A stretch of 64,000 nucleotides of DNA from an uncultured Syntrophaceae bacterium (lineage in GTDB: Bacteria; Desulfobacterota; Syntrophia; Syntrophales; UBA2185). The notes under the pieces are model-generated. The model ran no database searches and had not been told where the DNA came from. It saw only the letters and a list, made by a program, of their open reading frames with translations. The DNA lies in NCBI GenBank assembly GCA_964564625.1, contig CAZMBE010000004.1, positions 51,615 to 115,614 of the forward strand, written 5' to 3'. Position 1 is the first letter of the stretch. The number at the start of each line of letters is the position of its first letter. The translations under genes and the position numbers were made by a program. This document shows positions 53,330 through 63,333 of the stretch, one piece after another.

Positions 53330-54265
53330 ATGCATCCCTACCATATACCCGTCATGCAGAGAGAGGTTATTGAGTCTCTACGCTGCCGGCCCGGAGGCAT
53401 TTATGTGGATGGAACCGTCGGGGGTGGAGGACATGCCTGCGAGATTCTTCGCATAACCGCTCCTGACGGCGTCTTGATTGGTATCGACGTCGATGATGAT
53501 GCACTCCGAGCGTCGGAAGAACTATTAAAGCCCTTTGGTAACAGGAAGATACTGGTCAAGGGTAATTTTGCAGACATCCATATAATATTAGATAATTTGA
53601 ACATTAAGGAGGTTGACGGCATCCTCCTTGATTTGGGAGTTTCTTCTCATCAACTTACAACAGCGGACAGGGGTTTCAGCTTCTCTTTAGATGCTGCCTT
53701 GGACATGCGGATGGACCAGAGCCATGGTCCCTGTGCGTACGACATTGTTAACACGTTTCCGGAAAAAGATCTGGAGAGGATCATTCGAGATTACGGTGAA
53801 GAGATAATGGCAGACAGGATTGTGAAGATGATCTCAGCACGAAGAAAAGCATCCCCCATTACAACAACGGCTGAACTTGCCGCTGTTGTTGTCAAGGCAT
53901 TGCCTTCCCGTTTCAGGTCTCAAAAAATTCACCCCGCGACAAGAACTTTCCAGGCAATCAGAATTTATGTCAATAATGAATTATTAAACCTCTATGAGGC
54001 GATAAACCGCGGCGTTGATATGCTCAAACCATCGGGACGCCTATCCATCATATCGTTTCATTCACTGGAAGACCGGATTGTAAAAAACAACTTTCGTTCA
54101 TGGCAAAAGGGGTGCCTTTGCCCCACAAATTTTCCCATGTGCATATGTCAGAGAAAAGCCAAGCTTAAAATAGTGACTAAAAGGCCTGTAATCCCTCAGA
54201 CCTCAGAAATAGAAGCCAATCCGAGAGCGAGGAGCGCCAAACTAAGAACGGCCGAAAGGATTTGA
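53330..54265 (+). CDS. rsmH: 16S rRNA (cytosine1402-N4)-methyltransferase RsmH (MraW)
   Basis: 311 aa. Contains HIPVMQREVIESL, DGTVGGGGH, DLGVSSHQL, SFHSLEDRIVK and NPRARSAKLR. Confidence 0.94.
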   Translation: MHPYHIPVMQREVIESLRCRPGGIYVDGTVGGGGHACEILRITAPDGVLIGIDVDDDALRASEELLKPFGNRKILVKGNFADIHIILDNLNIKEVDGILLDLGVSSHQLTTADRGFSFSLDAALDMRMDQSHGPCAYDIVNTFPEKDLERIIRDYGEEIMADRIVKMISARRKASPITTTAELAAVVVKALPSRFRSQKIHPATRTFQAIRIYVNNELLNLYEAINRGVDMLKPSGRLSIISFHSLEDRIVKNNFRSWQKGCLCPTNFPMCICQRKAKLKIVTKRPVIPQTSEIEANPRARSAKLRTAERI

Positions 54266-54268
54266 TAC

Positions 54269-54616
54269 ATGCAGTCAGGAGAAGTCATCCACGGAAATGC
54301 ACGTGTTGAAGAGAAGGTATCCGCCGACTTAAAATATTCTCCATTTATCATTGTTACTTTAGTTCTTATGGCAGTCGCTCTCGTGTACGTGTGGTCTCAT
54401 ATCCGCATGACAGAGCTGGAATACATGGTTGCTGAGGAAATGAGCATAAAAGAAGCTCTTTTAGAAGAGCAGAGAAAATTAAAAGTTGAAATCGCGACTT
54501 TGAAATCACCTCAACGAATTGAGGCAATTGCGAAAGACAAATTACACATGTCGTATCCAGAAAGAGACCAAATTATAATCCTTACCACTGAGGATTATGC
54601 GGCAAAAAGTAATTAA
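54269..54616 (+). CDS. ftsL: Cell division protein FtsL-like (bitopic, coiled coil)
   Basis: 115 aa with a single TM segment and a coiled coil. Contains SPQRIEAIAKDKLHM. Sits between rsmH and ftsI. Confidence 0.72.
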   Translation: MQSGEVIHGNARVEEKVSADLKYSPFIIVTLVLMAVALVYVWSHIRMTELEYMVAEEMSIKEALLEEQRKLKVEIATLKSPQRIEAIAKDKLHMSYPERDQIIILTTEDYAAKSN

Positions 54617-54646
54617 CCGGGTTGTACATAATCAGAGAATAGTGCC

Positions 54647-56641
54647 ATGACCGGCGAACCTAAAAAGTGGTTAAAATTCAGAATTGCTACACTGCTGATA
54701 TTTTTTTTAGTGCTTTTTATTGCCCTTATATCAAGGGCGTTCCAGATTCAGGTACTTTCCGGAAAAATGTTGAAAACTCTCGCTGAAAAACAACACATAA
54801 AGACACTGCAGATTGAACCGGAAAGAGGCATCATATTTGATCGTAATGGTGAAAAACTCGCCGCGAGCGTCATGGCACACTCCGTCTATGCCGATCCATC
54901 AAAAATAAGTAACCCCATGGAAGTCGCTAACAAAGTCGCTCCGATTCTGAACATTGACAGGAACACGGTCGTGAGAAAAGTTTCAGGATCAAAATACTTC
55001 TGCTGGTTAGCGAGGAAAATACCCCCTGAGCAGGCGAGCAAAATCGAAGCTTTGAATATGGACAGTGTCTTTTTGATCAAAGAACCAAAGCGCTTCTATC
55101 CGAACGGGGAACTGGCGGGCCGTCTTCTGGGATTTGTAGGGTTAGACTATACAGGATTAGAGGGGCTGGAACTTAAATATGACAACTACCTCAAAGCAAC
55201 ACCGGAAAAATTGACCTGGGCACGGGATGCCAGAGGTAGCCGATTGTACCCACGGGTTGAAAAAGCCGTCACGCAACAGGAGGAGGGATATAATCTCATT
55301 TTAACAATCGACAGCCGCATCCAGCATATCGTGGAATCAAATTTAACGGAAGCCGTAAAGGCCAAAGGTGCAAAAGGCGGTTTTGTGATTGTCATGGACC
55401 CCAAAACCGGTGAAATCCTTGCTCTGGCGGATCAGCCAGGATTTGATCCAAACAAATTTTCCAGTTACAATATTGGCAAAGGAAAGAACAAGGCAATTAC
55501 GGACTGTTTCGATCCTGGTTCAACATTTAAACCTTTTCTCGCCGCGGCGGCACTTGAAGAAGGTATCGTGAAGGAAACCGACAGGTTTTATTGTGAAGAC
55601 GGAACGTACAGAGTGTCCGACAGGGTATTTCACGAGGCCAACAGGAAAAAGTACGGTACTCTTACGTTCCATGACATTCTGAAATATTCGAGCAATATTG
55701 GATGCATCAAGGTTTCCGAAAGGCTTAAAAAAGAAAAATTCTATCACTATATTACACAATTCGGATTTGGCTCAAAAACAGGAATCGATCTTCCCGGTGA
55801 AGTCAGTGGGCTTTTGAGGGCACCGCAAAACTGGACAAGGGTTGACGCATCGACAATTGCCTTCGGTCAGGGTGTATCCGTTACGGCTATTCAGTTAATT
55901 ACCGCCCTCTCCGCCATAGCAAATAACGGTCTGCTCATGAAGCCTCACATAGTACGTGCAGTAGTTGACAAACAAGGAAGAATAATAAAAAAATTTGAAA
56001 CCACTCCTGTAAGGCAAGTCATATCTCCGAAGACAGCAAAAAGGCTCACTGCCATGCTGAAGGACGTGGTGGGAGATGATGATGGAACGGGTAAAAAAGC
56101 GCAGATTGTCAATGTTGACGTAGCCGGGAAAACAGGAACATCTCAAAAGTTTGATTTTGCGAGAAAGGCGTATTCTTCTGAAAAAGTCCGTACCTCCTTT
56201 ATGGGATTCTTCCCTGCCGAGAATCCTGAAATTGCAATTCTTGTTACACTAGATGAACCGCAGAGGGATAAATGGGGCGGTGTTGCGGCAGCACCCGTAT
56301 TTAAAAATATCGGTGAACAGATCTTGACATGTTTCAAAACTGATATTAAAGAGAACCCTTTTCTCGTTCCGGAAGAGGAAAAAAAGGAAAGTGTGAAATT
56401 AAAGCTCGTATCGGCACCCCAAATAATAAGCACTCAGGTTGATACGGAAAAAGGCGCGGATGAGCCTTTCATGCCGGATTTCAGGGGAATGACCATAAAA
56501 GACGCGCTGAAGAAAGCACGGGAAAAAGGTATTGACATTAAAGTAACGGGAAGCGGCTGGGCTGTAAGCCAGGTGCCAAAAGCCGGTGTTTCAATTCATC
56601 GCCATCGGTCTTGTGCTGTCTCTTTCAGCGCAGGTCATTGA
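54647..56641 (+). CDS. ftsI: Peptidoglycan D,D-transpeptidase FtsI (class B PBP) with a C-terminal PASTA-like domain
   Basis: 664 aa. Transpeptidase motifs are STFKP (SxxK), SSN and KTGTS. The C-terminus MPDFRGMTIKDALKKAREKGIDIKVTGSGWAVSQVPKAG is PASTA-like. Confidence 0.92.
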   Translation: MTGEPKKWLKFRIATLLIFFLVLFIALISRAFQIQVLSGKMLKTLAEKQHIKTLQIEPERGIIFDRNGEKLAASVMAHSVYADPSKISNPMEVANKVAPILNIDRNTVVRKVSGSKYFCWLARKIPPEQASKIEALNMDSVFLIKEPKRFYPNGELAGRLLGFVGLDYTGLEGLELKYDNYLKATPEKLTWARDARGSRLYPRVEKAVTQQEEGYNLILTIDSRIQHIVESNLTEAVKAKGAKGGFVIVMDPKTGEILALADQPGFDPNKFSSYNIGKGKNKAITDCFDPGSTFKPFLAAAALEEGIVKETDRFYCEDGTYRVSDRVFHEANRKKYGTLTFHDILKYSSNIGCIKVSERLKKEKFYHYITQFGFGSKTGIDLPGEVSGLLRAPQNWTRVDASTIAFGQGVSVTAIQLITALSAIANNGLLMKPHIVRAVVDKQGRIIKKFETTPVRQVISPKTAKRLTAMLKDVVGDDDGTGKKAQIVNVDVAGKTGTSQKFDFARKAYSSEKVRTSFMGFFPAENPEIAILVTLDEPQRDKWGGVAAAPVFKNIGEQILTCFKTDIKENPFLVPEEEKKESVKLKLVSAPQIISTQVDTEKGADEPFMPDFRGMTIKDALKKAREKGIDIKVTGSGWAVSQVPKAGVSIHRHRSCAVSFSAGH

Positions 56642-56650
56642 GGAACCAAT

Positions 56651-58192
56651 GTGCAAATACGGGCTGTGATAAAGGACATTGAAACCTTTCAGATCTCCGG
56701 AAACATGGAGGGAGACGTCTCAGCCATCTGTTATAATTCAAAAAACTGTGAGAAAAACAGTCTGTTTGTGGCCGTTCGCGGATTAAAGTTCGACGGTCAT
56801 TGTTATATCCCGGAAGCAATTGCCAGGGGCGCGAAATTCATTATCCATGAAAATGACTACACTCCCCCCCATGGAGTTGTATCTATAAGGGTTCCCGATA
56901 GCCGGAGAATACTTGGTCTCCTCGGCAAAAATTTTTATAGTGACCCTTCTTCCCATCTTTGTCTCATAGGGGTCACGGGAACAAACGGAAAGACAACGGT
57001 AACCTACCTGCTGGAGTCCATTCTTAAAGAGGCCAGATTCCGCGTCGGGGTACTGGGAACAGTCAACTACCGGTTTAATGGCAAGGTTCTGCCCGCCCCA
57101 AATACGACGCCAGAGTCATATGAGTTGCAAAAAATATTAAGAGAAATGGTCGATCAGGGTATTACCCATGTAGTTATGGAAGTGTCTTCACATGCAGTTG
57201 ACTTAAGAAGGGTCGATGATTGTTCCTTTGACGTGGGAGTTTTCACAAACTTCTCACAGGATCATCTCGATTACCATAAGACTTTGGAAAATTATTTTCA
57301 GGCGAAGAAACGCTTCTTTGACGAAATACTTCCCTCCGGTAAAAATGCGTATGGACACGCAATGATCATCAACGGAGATGACCCCTGGGGGCAGAGACTC
57401 TTGAAAGAAGCCGCAGCAGATGCGCCGTTAGTGACATTCGGCATTGAAAGCGCATGTGATATTGCCGTTGATCGTTATACACTCACTGTCGAGGGGATAA
57501 AGGCTGATGTAACGACGAAAGAACGGTCCTTTGCCCTATCCTCTCCCCTGATTGGAAAATTTAACCTGTATAATATACTGGCAGCTGTTGCCGCATCTCG
57601 CGCTCTCAATACTCCGGATGAATTCATTCAAGCGGGTGTTGAGAATTTACACAATATACCAGGGCGTCTGGAAAAAATAAGCATTCCCGGGAAACCTGAC
57701 GTTTTCGTCGATTACGCACACACAGAAGACGCGCTTCTCAGGGTATTGCAGAACTTATCTACCTTCAAAAAGGAAAAAATCATCACCGTGTTTGGATGCG
57801 GCGGTGACAGGGATCGCGGGAAAAGACCCCTCATGGGGAATGCGGCGACAACATGGAGTGACTTGACAATTCTAACTTCAGACAACCCCAGAACAGAAGA
57901 CCCGCTCTCTATAATCAGTCAAATAGAAGCAGGGATTTGCAAAAGTTCGGTGAAAAAGTTTTCTCCCGGAGAGATCGGTAACGATATGAATGAGAAAGGG
58001 TATGTTGTAATACCCGATCGGAGAAAAGCCATCGAAAGGGCTGTTTGTCTCGCCGGCGCATCTGACATCGTACTTATTGCCGGGAAAGGACATGAAAATT
58101 ACCAGATAATCGGAAGCGAGCTGTTCCCTTTTGACGATAGACAGGTCGCGAAAGAAGCCTTGATTAATAAAGAGTGCAGGGAAACGCGTTGA
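56651..58192 (+). CDS. murE: UDP-N-acetylmuramoyl-L-alanyl-D-glutamate--2,6-diaminopimelate ligase MurE
   Basis: 513 aa. Contains GVTGTNGKTT and DYAHTEDAL. DNPR motif (TSDNPRTEDP). Confidence 0.93.
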   Translation: MQIRAVIKDIETFQISGNMEGDVSAICYNSKNCEKNSLFVAVRGLKFDGHCYIPEAIARGAKFIIHENDYTPPHGVVSIRVPDSRRILGLLGKNFYSDPSSHLCLIGVTGTNGKTTVTYLLESILKEARFRVGVLGTVNYRFNGKVLPAPNTTPESYELQKILREMVDQGITHVVMEVSSHAVDLRRVDDCSFDVGVFTNFSQDHLDYHKTLENYFQAKKRFFDEILPSGKNAYGHAMIINGDDPWGQRLLKEAAADAPLVTFGIESACDIAVDRYTLTVEGIKADVTTKERSFALSSPLIGKFNLYNILAAVAASRALNTPDEFIQAGVENLHNIPGRLEKISIPGKPDVFVDYAHTEDALLRVLQNLSTFKKEKIITVFGCGGDRDRGKRPLMGNAATTWSDLTILTSDNPRTEDPLSIISQIEAGICKSSVKKFSPGEIGNDMNEKGYVVIPDRRKAIERAVCLAGASDIVLIAGKGHENYQIIGSELFPFDDRQVAKEALINKECRETR

Positions 58193-59643
58193 GGGAAGAA
58201 ACGACATTACCCGTTTTCTCCGGGATTGATATTTTACATGCCACAGGGGGAACGAGAATCTCCGGGAACATGGAGGATTTATTCGAAGGCATCTCTACAG
58301 ATTCCCGTCAGATAGTCAAGGGGAACCTCTTTATACCCTTGAAAGGGGAGAAATTTGACGGTCACGATTTTATTGCCGATGCATTGAGAGCCGGTGCTGT
58401 CGGTTTCCTGATCCAACAGGGCTCGGAAAATAAGCTGCAACAGCCGAATGAGGAAACAATTATCATCAGTGTCGGGAACACCTTAACGGCGCTTGGAGAT
58501 ATAGCCCATTTCTGGCGGAAGAAATGTAAGGCGAAAGTTGTGGCCATCACGGGAAGTACCGGAAAAACGACTACGAAGGAAATGATCGCGACCATTGCCG
58601 GACTGACCAAAAAGGTAATCAAAGCCAGGGGGAATTATAATAACCTGATCGGCCTTCCGCTATCCATCCTCCAGATAGAGGATGGACATGAAATTGCTGT
58701 TATGGAGATGGGTACGAATACGCCAGGAGAAATTGGCAGGCTTACCCTCATCGCCGAACCGGACATCGGGTTGATTACCAACATCGGTGCCGCTCACATG
58801 GAAGGTCTAAAAACCCTTGATGCTGTACGGCAGGAAAAATGCGACCTTTTCCGCCATATGTCACAAACCGGGGTTGCTGTTATTAACCTGGACGATAAAA
58901 AATTACTGATTTCGGAAAAGGAGTGGAGGGGGCAACGGGTAACCTTCGGCTTCAGCGAAAATGCCGACGTTTCGGCAGATGCCATCAAAACAAAGGGAAA
59001 ACGAGAGACAATTTTTACCATTAAAATAGGTACATTCAGACAGGAAATTACTTTGTCCACGGTTGGGAAACATAACATTTATAATGCCCTCGCTGCCGCT
59101 GCATCATCTTGCGCACTGGGCCTTGAATGCCCGACGATCTGTCAGGGATTAATGGCATTTCAGCCCATCTCCGGACGCATGGAGATCCATGAGCTGAACA
59201 ATGGAGCATTCATCATCAATGATACGTACAATGCCAACCCTGTGTCGTTTCATGCCGCTCTTGAAACCTTGAGAGACTTAAAGGGAAATTGCCGCAGCAT
59301 GGTAATCATGGGGGACATGCTTGAGCTTGGAGATCGGGCAGAGGAAATGCATGAAGGTATCGGGAGTCTTATGGCAGACACTGAGGTGGGCACCATATTC
59401 CTCAGAGGAAGGCTCTCCCCGGCGACGGCAGCGGGGGCGTTAAAAAGAAATATGTCGGGGGATCAAATAGTTTTTTTTGAAACACCTGATGAAATCATAC
59501 CCCACCTCTTGTCTACTGTAAAGAAGGGTGACTGGATCCTTATCAAGGGATCAAGACAAACAAAAATGGAAGACATGGTGCGGAAAATAATGGAAGTGTT
59601 CGGCCCGGGTGAAGGCCAGAGAAAGTACGGAAAGGCATTGTAA
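58174..59643 (+). CDS. murF: UDP-N-acetylmuramoyl-tripeptide--D-alanyl-D-alanine ligase MurF
   Basis: 489 aa. Contains AITGSTGKTTTKEM and NDTYNANP. The track ORF overlaps murE by 19 nt; a TTG at 58189 is an alternative start. Confidence 0.92.
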   Translation: MQGNALREETTLPVFSGIDILHATGGTRISGNMEDLFEGISTDSRQIVKGNLFIPLKGEKFDGHDFIADALRAGAVGFLIQQGSENKLQQPNEETIIISVGNTLTALGDIAHFWRKKCKAKVVAITGSTGKTTTKEMIATIAGLTKKVIKARGNYNNLIGLPLSILQIEDGHEIAVMEMGTNTPGEIGRLTLIAEPDIGLITNIGAAHMEGLKTLDAVRQEKCDLFRHMSQTGVAVINLDDKKLLISEKEWRGQRVTFGFSENADVSADAIKTKGKRETIFTIKIGTFRQEITLSTVGKHNIYNALAAAASSCALGLECPTICQGLMAFQPISGRMEIHELNNGAFIINDTYNANPVSFHAALETLRDLKGNCRSMVIMGDMLELGDRAEEMHEGIGSLMADTEVGTIFLRGRLSPATAAGALKRNMSGDQIVFFETPDEIIPHLLSTVKKGDWILIKGSRQTKMEDMVRKIMEVFGPGEGQRKYGKAL

Positions 59644-60723
59644 ATGATTTATCACCTTTTATACCCGCTTCATACAACATTTTCTTCTTTTAATGTCTTC
59701 CGCTATATTACGTTTCGGACTATCTACGCTGCGGTTACCGCCCTGGTAATCTGTTTTGTCATCGGCCCATGGTTGATCAGGAAACTTCAATCCCTCCAAA
59801 TCGGCCAGAGTATCAGGGATGACGGTCCCGACAGCCATCTTACAAAAAGGGGGACTCCGACTATGGGAGGTGTCCTCATTATTTTCGCCGTCGTCGTCTC
59901 CACCCTTCTCTGGGCCAACTTAACCGTCGATTATGTATGGATAGTAATTATGGTCATCGTCGGCTTTGGGCTTATAGGATTCACAGATGATTACAGGAAA
60001 CTTACCAGCCAGAGCAGCCGGGGTATTTCGGGAAAAGTCAGGCTGCTCGGAGAAATCGCTATAGCCCTCTTTGTCAGCATAATCCTTTATATCAAACCGG
60101 ATTTTACCTCAAATGTAACGATCCCGTTCTTTAAAACAGTGCTCCCCGATCTGGGATGGGGATATATCATACTTTCCACATTTATCATTGTCGGCGCAGC
60201 CAATGCAGTGAACCTGACAGACGGGCTTGACGGCCTTGCCATCGGTCCGGCAATAACGTGCTTCATGACATACCTCCTCTTTGCTTATTTTGCCGGCAAC
60301 ATAAAAATAGCCAATTACCTGCAGATCCCCTATGTTGCAGGAACAGGAGAGCTTGCCATAATCTGCGGCGCCACAGTGGGGGCGGGTCTCGGGTTCCTTT
60401 GGTATAACACCTACCCCGCCCAGGTTTTTATGGGAGACGTAGGCTCTCTTTCCTTAGGGGGTGCCCTCGGTACTTTAGCCATCGTTACGAAACAGGAGAT
60501 ACTTTTAGCCATTGTGGGCGGCATCTTCGTCGTGGAGACTTTTTCGGTCATTTTTCAGGTGGGCTGGTTCAAGATGTCCAACGGTAAACGCATCTTCAGA
60601 ATGGCGCCTATTCATCATCATTTTGAACTAAAGGGATGGGCGGAACCAAAAGTTATTGTCCGGTTTTGGATAATTTCCATACTGCTTGCCTTAGTGGCGA
60701 TCAGTACCTTGAAATTGAGGTAA
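59644..60723 (+). CDS. mraY: Phospho-N-acetylmuramoyl-pentapeptide transferase MraY
   Basis: 359 aa. Contains [34 protein letters not shown] and APIHHHFEL. Confidence 0.96.
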   Translation: MIYHLLYPLHTTFSSFNVFRYITFRTIYAAVTALVICFVIGPWLIRKLQSLQIGQSIRDDGPDSHLTKRGTPTMGGVLIIFAVVVSTLLWANLTVDYVWIVIMVIVGFGLIGFTDDYRKLTSQSSRGISGKVRLLGEIAIALFVSIILYIKPDFTSNVTIPFFKTVLPDLGWGYIILSTFIIVGAANAVNLTDGLDGLAIGPAITCFMTYLLFAYFAGNIKIANYLQIPYVAGTGELAIICGATVGAGLGFLWYNTYPAQVFMGDVGSLSLGGALGTLAIVTKQEILLAIVGGIFVVETFSVIFQVGWFKMSNGKRIFRMAPIHHHFELKGWAEPKVIVRFWIISILLALVAISTLKLR

Positions 60724-60860
60724 AATAATCTGTTTCACAGCCGGAACAGCCATCGGCATTTTCAGTATTCAATACCGCGATGATTTGAATGAAATTTTAG
60801 AAAAGATCTCGATCCCTTGAACCGGTTTTGTAATTTTACAGGAGATAAAAAAATAACTGT

Positions 60861-62207
60861 ATGAACCTTGCGGGACAAAAAGTATTAGTCATAGGCCTGG
60901 GAAAAACAGGAATCGCCTCTTCCCGTTTCCTAATAGGACAAGGCGCCAAGGTTTTCGTGACTGATGAGAAACCTTTGACAGATCTGAAGTCTGCGATCAT
61001 TGAGATAGGAGGTCTTTCCGAGAATTTGGAATTTTGTAAGTATGATCCGGACATCCTCGCAAGGATAGATTTGATCATCCCCTCCCCCGGAGTACCGCCT
61101 TCCAATATTCTTCTCATAGAGGCTGTCCATAAAAAGATTCCCATTGTGAGCGAGATTGAACTCGCCTGCAGATTCTTAAAACCGCCCATGATTGCCATTA
61201 CCGGCACGAATGGAAAAACAACCACGACCACCCTGATAGGAAATATTCTCGCGAAAGAAGGGAAAAGAGTCTTTGTGGGAGGAAACATCGGAAACCCCCT
61301 CATCGGATACATTGATGGAAAACAGGAAGACGAATTCGCGGTAGTGGAGGTTAGCAGCTTCCAGTTGCAGTGGATCCAATATTTTCATCCCTCTGTCGCT
61401 ATCCTCCTTAATACCACCTGCGACCATGTCGATTATCACGGTTCCTTTGACGCATATCGTAGCGCGAAAGAAAGGGTCTTTGAGAATCAAGGAAAGCCCG
61501 ATCTTGCCATTCTGAATGCTGATGATCCGAGATCCTGGGAACTGTCAAAAAATATGCTCTCAAAAGTACAGTTTTTCAGTACCTCTTCACACGGAACAGC
61601 GGGTATGCATCTCACCGGCAAAGTTCTTGTCCATCATACCATAGAGAACGAAAAAGAAGAGTATCCTCTCGATATGATCAAAATACCTGGATTGCATAAT
61701 ATCGAAAACATCATGGCCGCGATAATGGCGGCGCGATATTGCGGATGCTCCCGTGAAAGCATTATCCGTGCTGTGACGGAATTTAAAGGCATTGCTCACA
61801 GAATAGAGTTCACAGATGAAAAAAATGGCGTAACGTTTTATGACGATTCCAAGGGAACGAATGTTGGCGCGGTCGCACGCGCTCTGGAAACATTTTCCAG
61901 ACCCATCATATTGCTTCTGGGAGGAAGAGACAAGGAGGGTAATTTTGGAATCCTGTCGGCCCTTGTCAGCACAAAGGTAAAAGAACTGGTTCTCTTTGGT
62001 GAAGCAAGAAACACCATAGGTGATCTTATTGGCGATATAGTAAAAACTCATAAGGCAGCAACGCTCAAAGAGGCCATAGAGATCGCATATCGGCATTCGT
62101 CACCGGGTGATGTTGTCCTGCTTTCCCCTGGATGTGCAAGCTTTGATGAGTTTTCCAACTACAAAGAACGAGGAAGGTTTTTTAAAGATGTGGTCAAAAA
62201 TCTCTAA
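60861..62207 (+). CDS. murD: UDP-N-acetylmuramoylalanine--D-glutamate ligase MurD
   Basis: 448 aa. Contains VIGLGKTGIAS, ITGTNGKTTTT and DDSKGTN. Confidence 0.94.
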   Translation: MNLAGQKVLVIGLGKTGIASSRFLIGQGAKVFVTDEKPLTDLKSAIIEIGGLSENLEFCKYDPDILARIDLIIPSPGVPPSNILLIEAVHKKIPIVSEIELACRFLKPPMIAITGTNGKTTTTTLIGNILAKEGKRVFVGGNIGNPLIGYIDGKQEDEFAVVEVSSFQLQWIQYFHPSVAILLNTTCDHVDYHGSFDAYRSAKERVFENQGKPDLAILNADDPRSWELSKNMLSKVQFFSTSSHGTAGMHLTGKVLVHHTIENEKEEYPLDMIKIPGLHNIENIMAAIMAARYCGCSRESIIRAVTEFKGIAHRIEFTDEKNGVTFYDDSKGTNVGAVARALETFSRPIILLLGGRDKEGNFGILSALVSTKVKELVLFGEARNTIGDLIGDIVKTHKAATLKEAIEIAYRHSSPGDVVLLSPGCASFDEFSNYKERGRFFKDVVKNL

Positions 62208-63315
62208 ACTGTTCACAATGCCCCCGGCAGAAAAGAGACTCGATATTATCCTTCTCTTAGTGACACTGATACTGGTCACTATAGGCACGGTGATGATTTA
62301 CAGTTCCAGTTCCATCCTGGCTATGAAGCGGTTTAACGATGGTCAGTTCTTTCTCAAGAAACAAATATTCTTCGTACTTTTAGGCTTAGGAATTATGGTT
62401 CTCATGACAAAGATTCCTTATGAGGCACTAAAAAAACTGGCCTATCCCGGTATTTGTCTATCGATCCTTCTTCTTGTTGCTATCCTTATACCGCATTTCG
62501 GAATCAAAGCGGGAGGCGCCACCCGGTGGCTCAAAATGGGCTTTTTTTCTTTTCAGGTAACGGAAATGGTCAAGGTTTCCATTGTGCTTTTTCTCGCGTA
62601 TTTTTTAGCTAAGAAGAGCAGCCAGATAACTGATTTTAAGCGCGCTGTTCTTGTTCCTCTCAGTGTTGTATTGCTCATTGTTGGTCTGATCATGCTGGAG
62701 CCGGATTTCGGGACCGCCGTCATCATCACTCTCATTATGATGTTGATGTTCTATCTATCCGGATGCAGGGTTTTACATCTTGCAGGCATCGTGACCCTTT
62801 TTGTACCCGTCGGTATCTGGCTGATTTTTCACAAAAGCTATCGTGTGGCAAGGTTAATGAGTTTCCTTGATCCCTGGAAGGATCCCCAGCAGTCAGGATT
62901 TCAAATCATACAGTCTCTGCTTTCTTTTGGTTCAGGAGGCACTTTCGGTGTAGGTATCGGAGATGGAATGCAGAAACTTTTTTACCTTCCTGAACCACAT
63001 ACAGATTTTATTCTCTCGATTATTGCTGAAGAAAGCGGTTTCATCGGTGTTCTTCTTGTCATCTTTCTTTTCGCAATCCTCATTGTAAGGGGATTTATGA
63101 TTTCTTTCAAAGCTCCCGATCTTTTCAGCACTCTTCTTGCCGCAGGACTGACCATGATTATCGCCCTCGAAGCATCCATCAATATCGCCGGCGTTATGGG
63201 CTTAATACCTCTCAAAGGTCTTGCCCTGCCGCTTGTCAGTTATGGCGGGACATCATTAATTATGTCTCTCACAACGGTAGGGATACTATTAAATATCTCT
63301 TCCTATGAAAAGTAG
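62188..63315 (+). CDS. ftsW: Peptidoglycan glycosyltransferase / cell division protein FtsW (SEDS family)
   Basis: The ATG at 62188 (MWSKISKLF...) is preferred and overlaps murD by 20 nt. The track ORF starts 81 nt earlier, deep inside murD. SEDS motifs are RWLKMGFFSFQVTEMVK, LPEPHTDFI and GLALPLVSYGGTS. Confidence 0.92.
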   Translation: MWSKISKLFTMPPAEKRLDIILLLVTLILVTIGTVMIYSSSSILAMKRFNDGQFFLKKQIFFVLLGLGIMVLMTKIPYEALKKLAYPGICLSILLLVAILIPHFGIKAGGATRWLKMGFFSFQVTEMVKVSIVLFLAYFLAKKSSQITDFKRAVLVPLSVVLLIVGLIMLEPDFGTAVIITLIMMLMFYLSGCRVLHLAGIVTLFVPVGIWLIFHKSYRVARLMSFLDPWKDPQQSGFQIIQSLLSFGSGGTFGVGIGDGMQKLFYLPEPHTDFILSIIAEESGFIGVLLVIFLFAILIVRGFMISFKAPDLFSTLLAAGLTMIIALEASINIAGVMGLIPLKGLALPLVSYGGTSLIMSLTTVGILLNISSYEK

Positions 63316-63333
63316 AAGCAATCAGGGTGGTAT

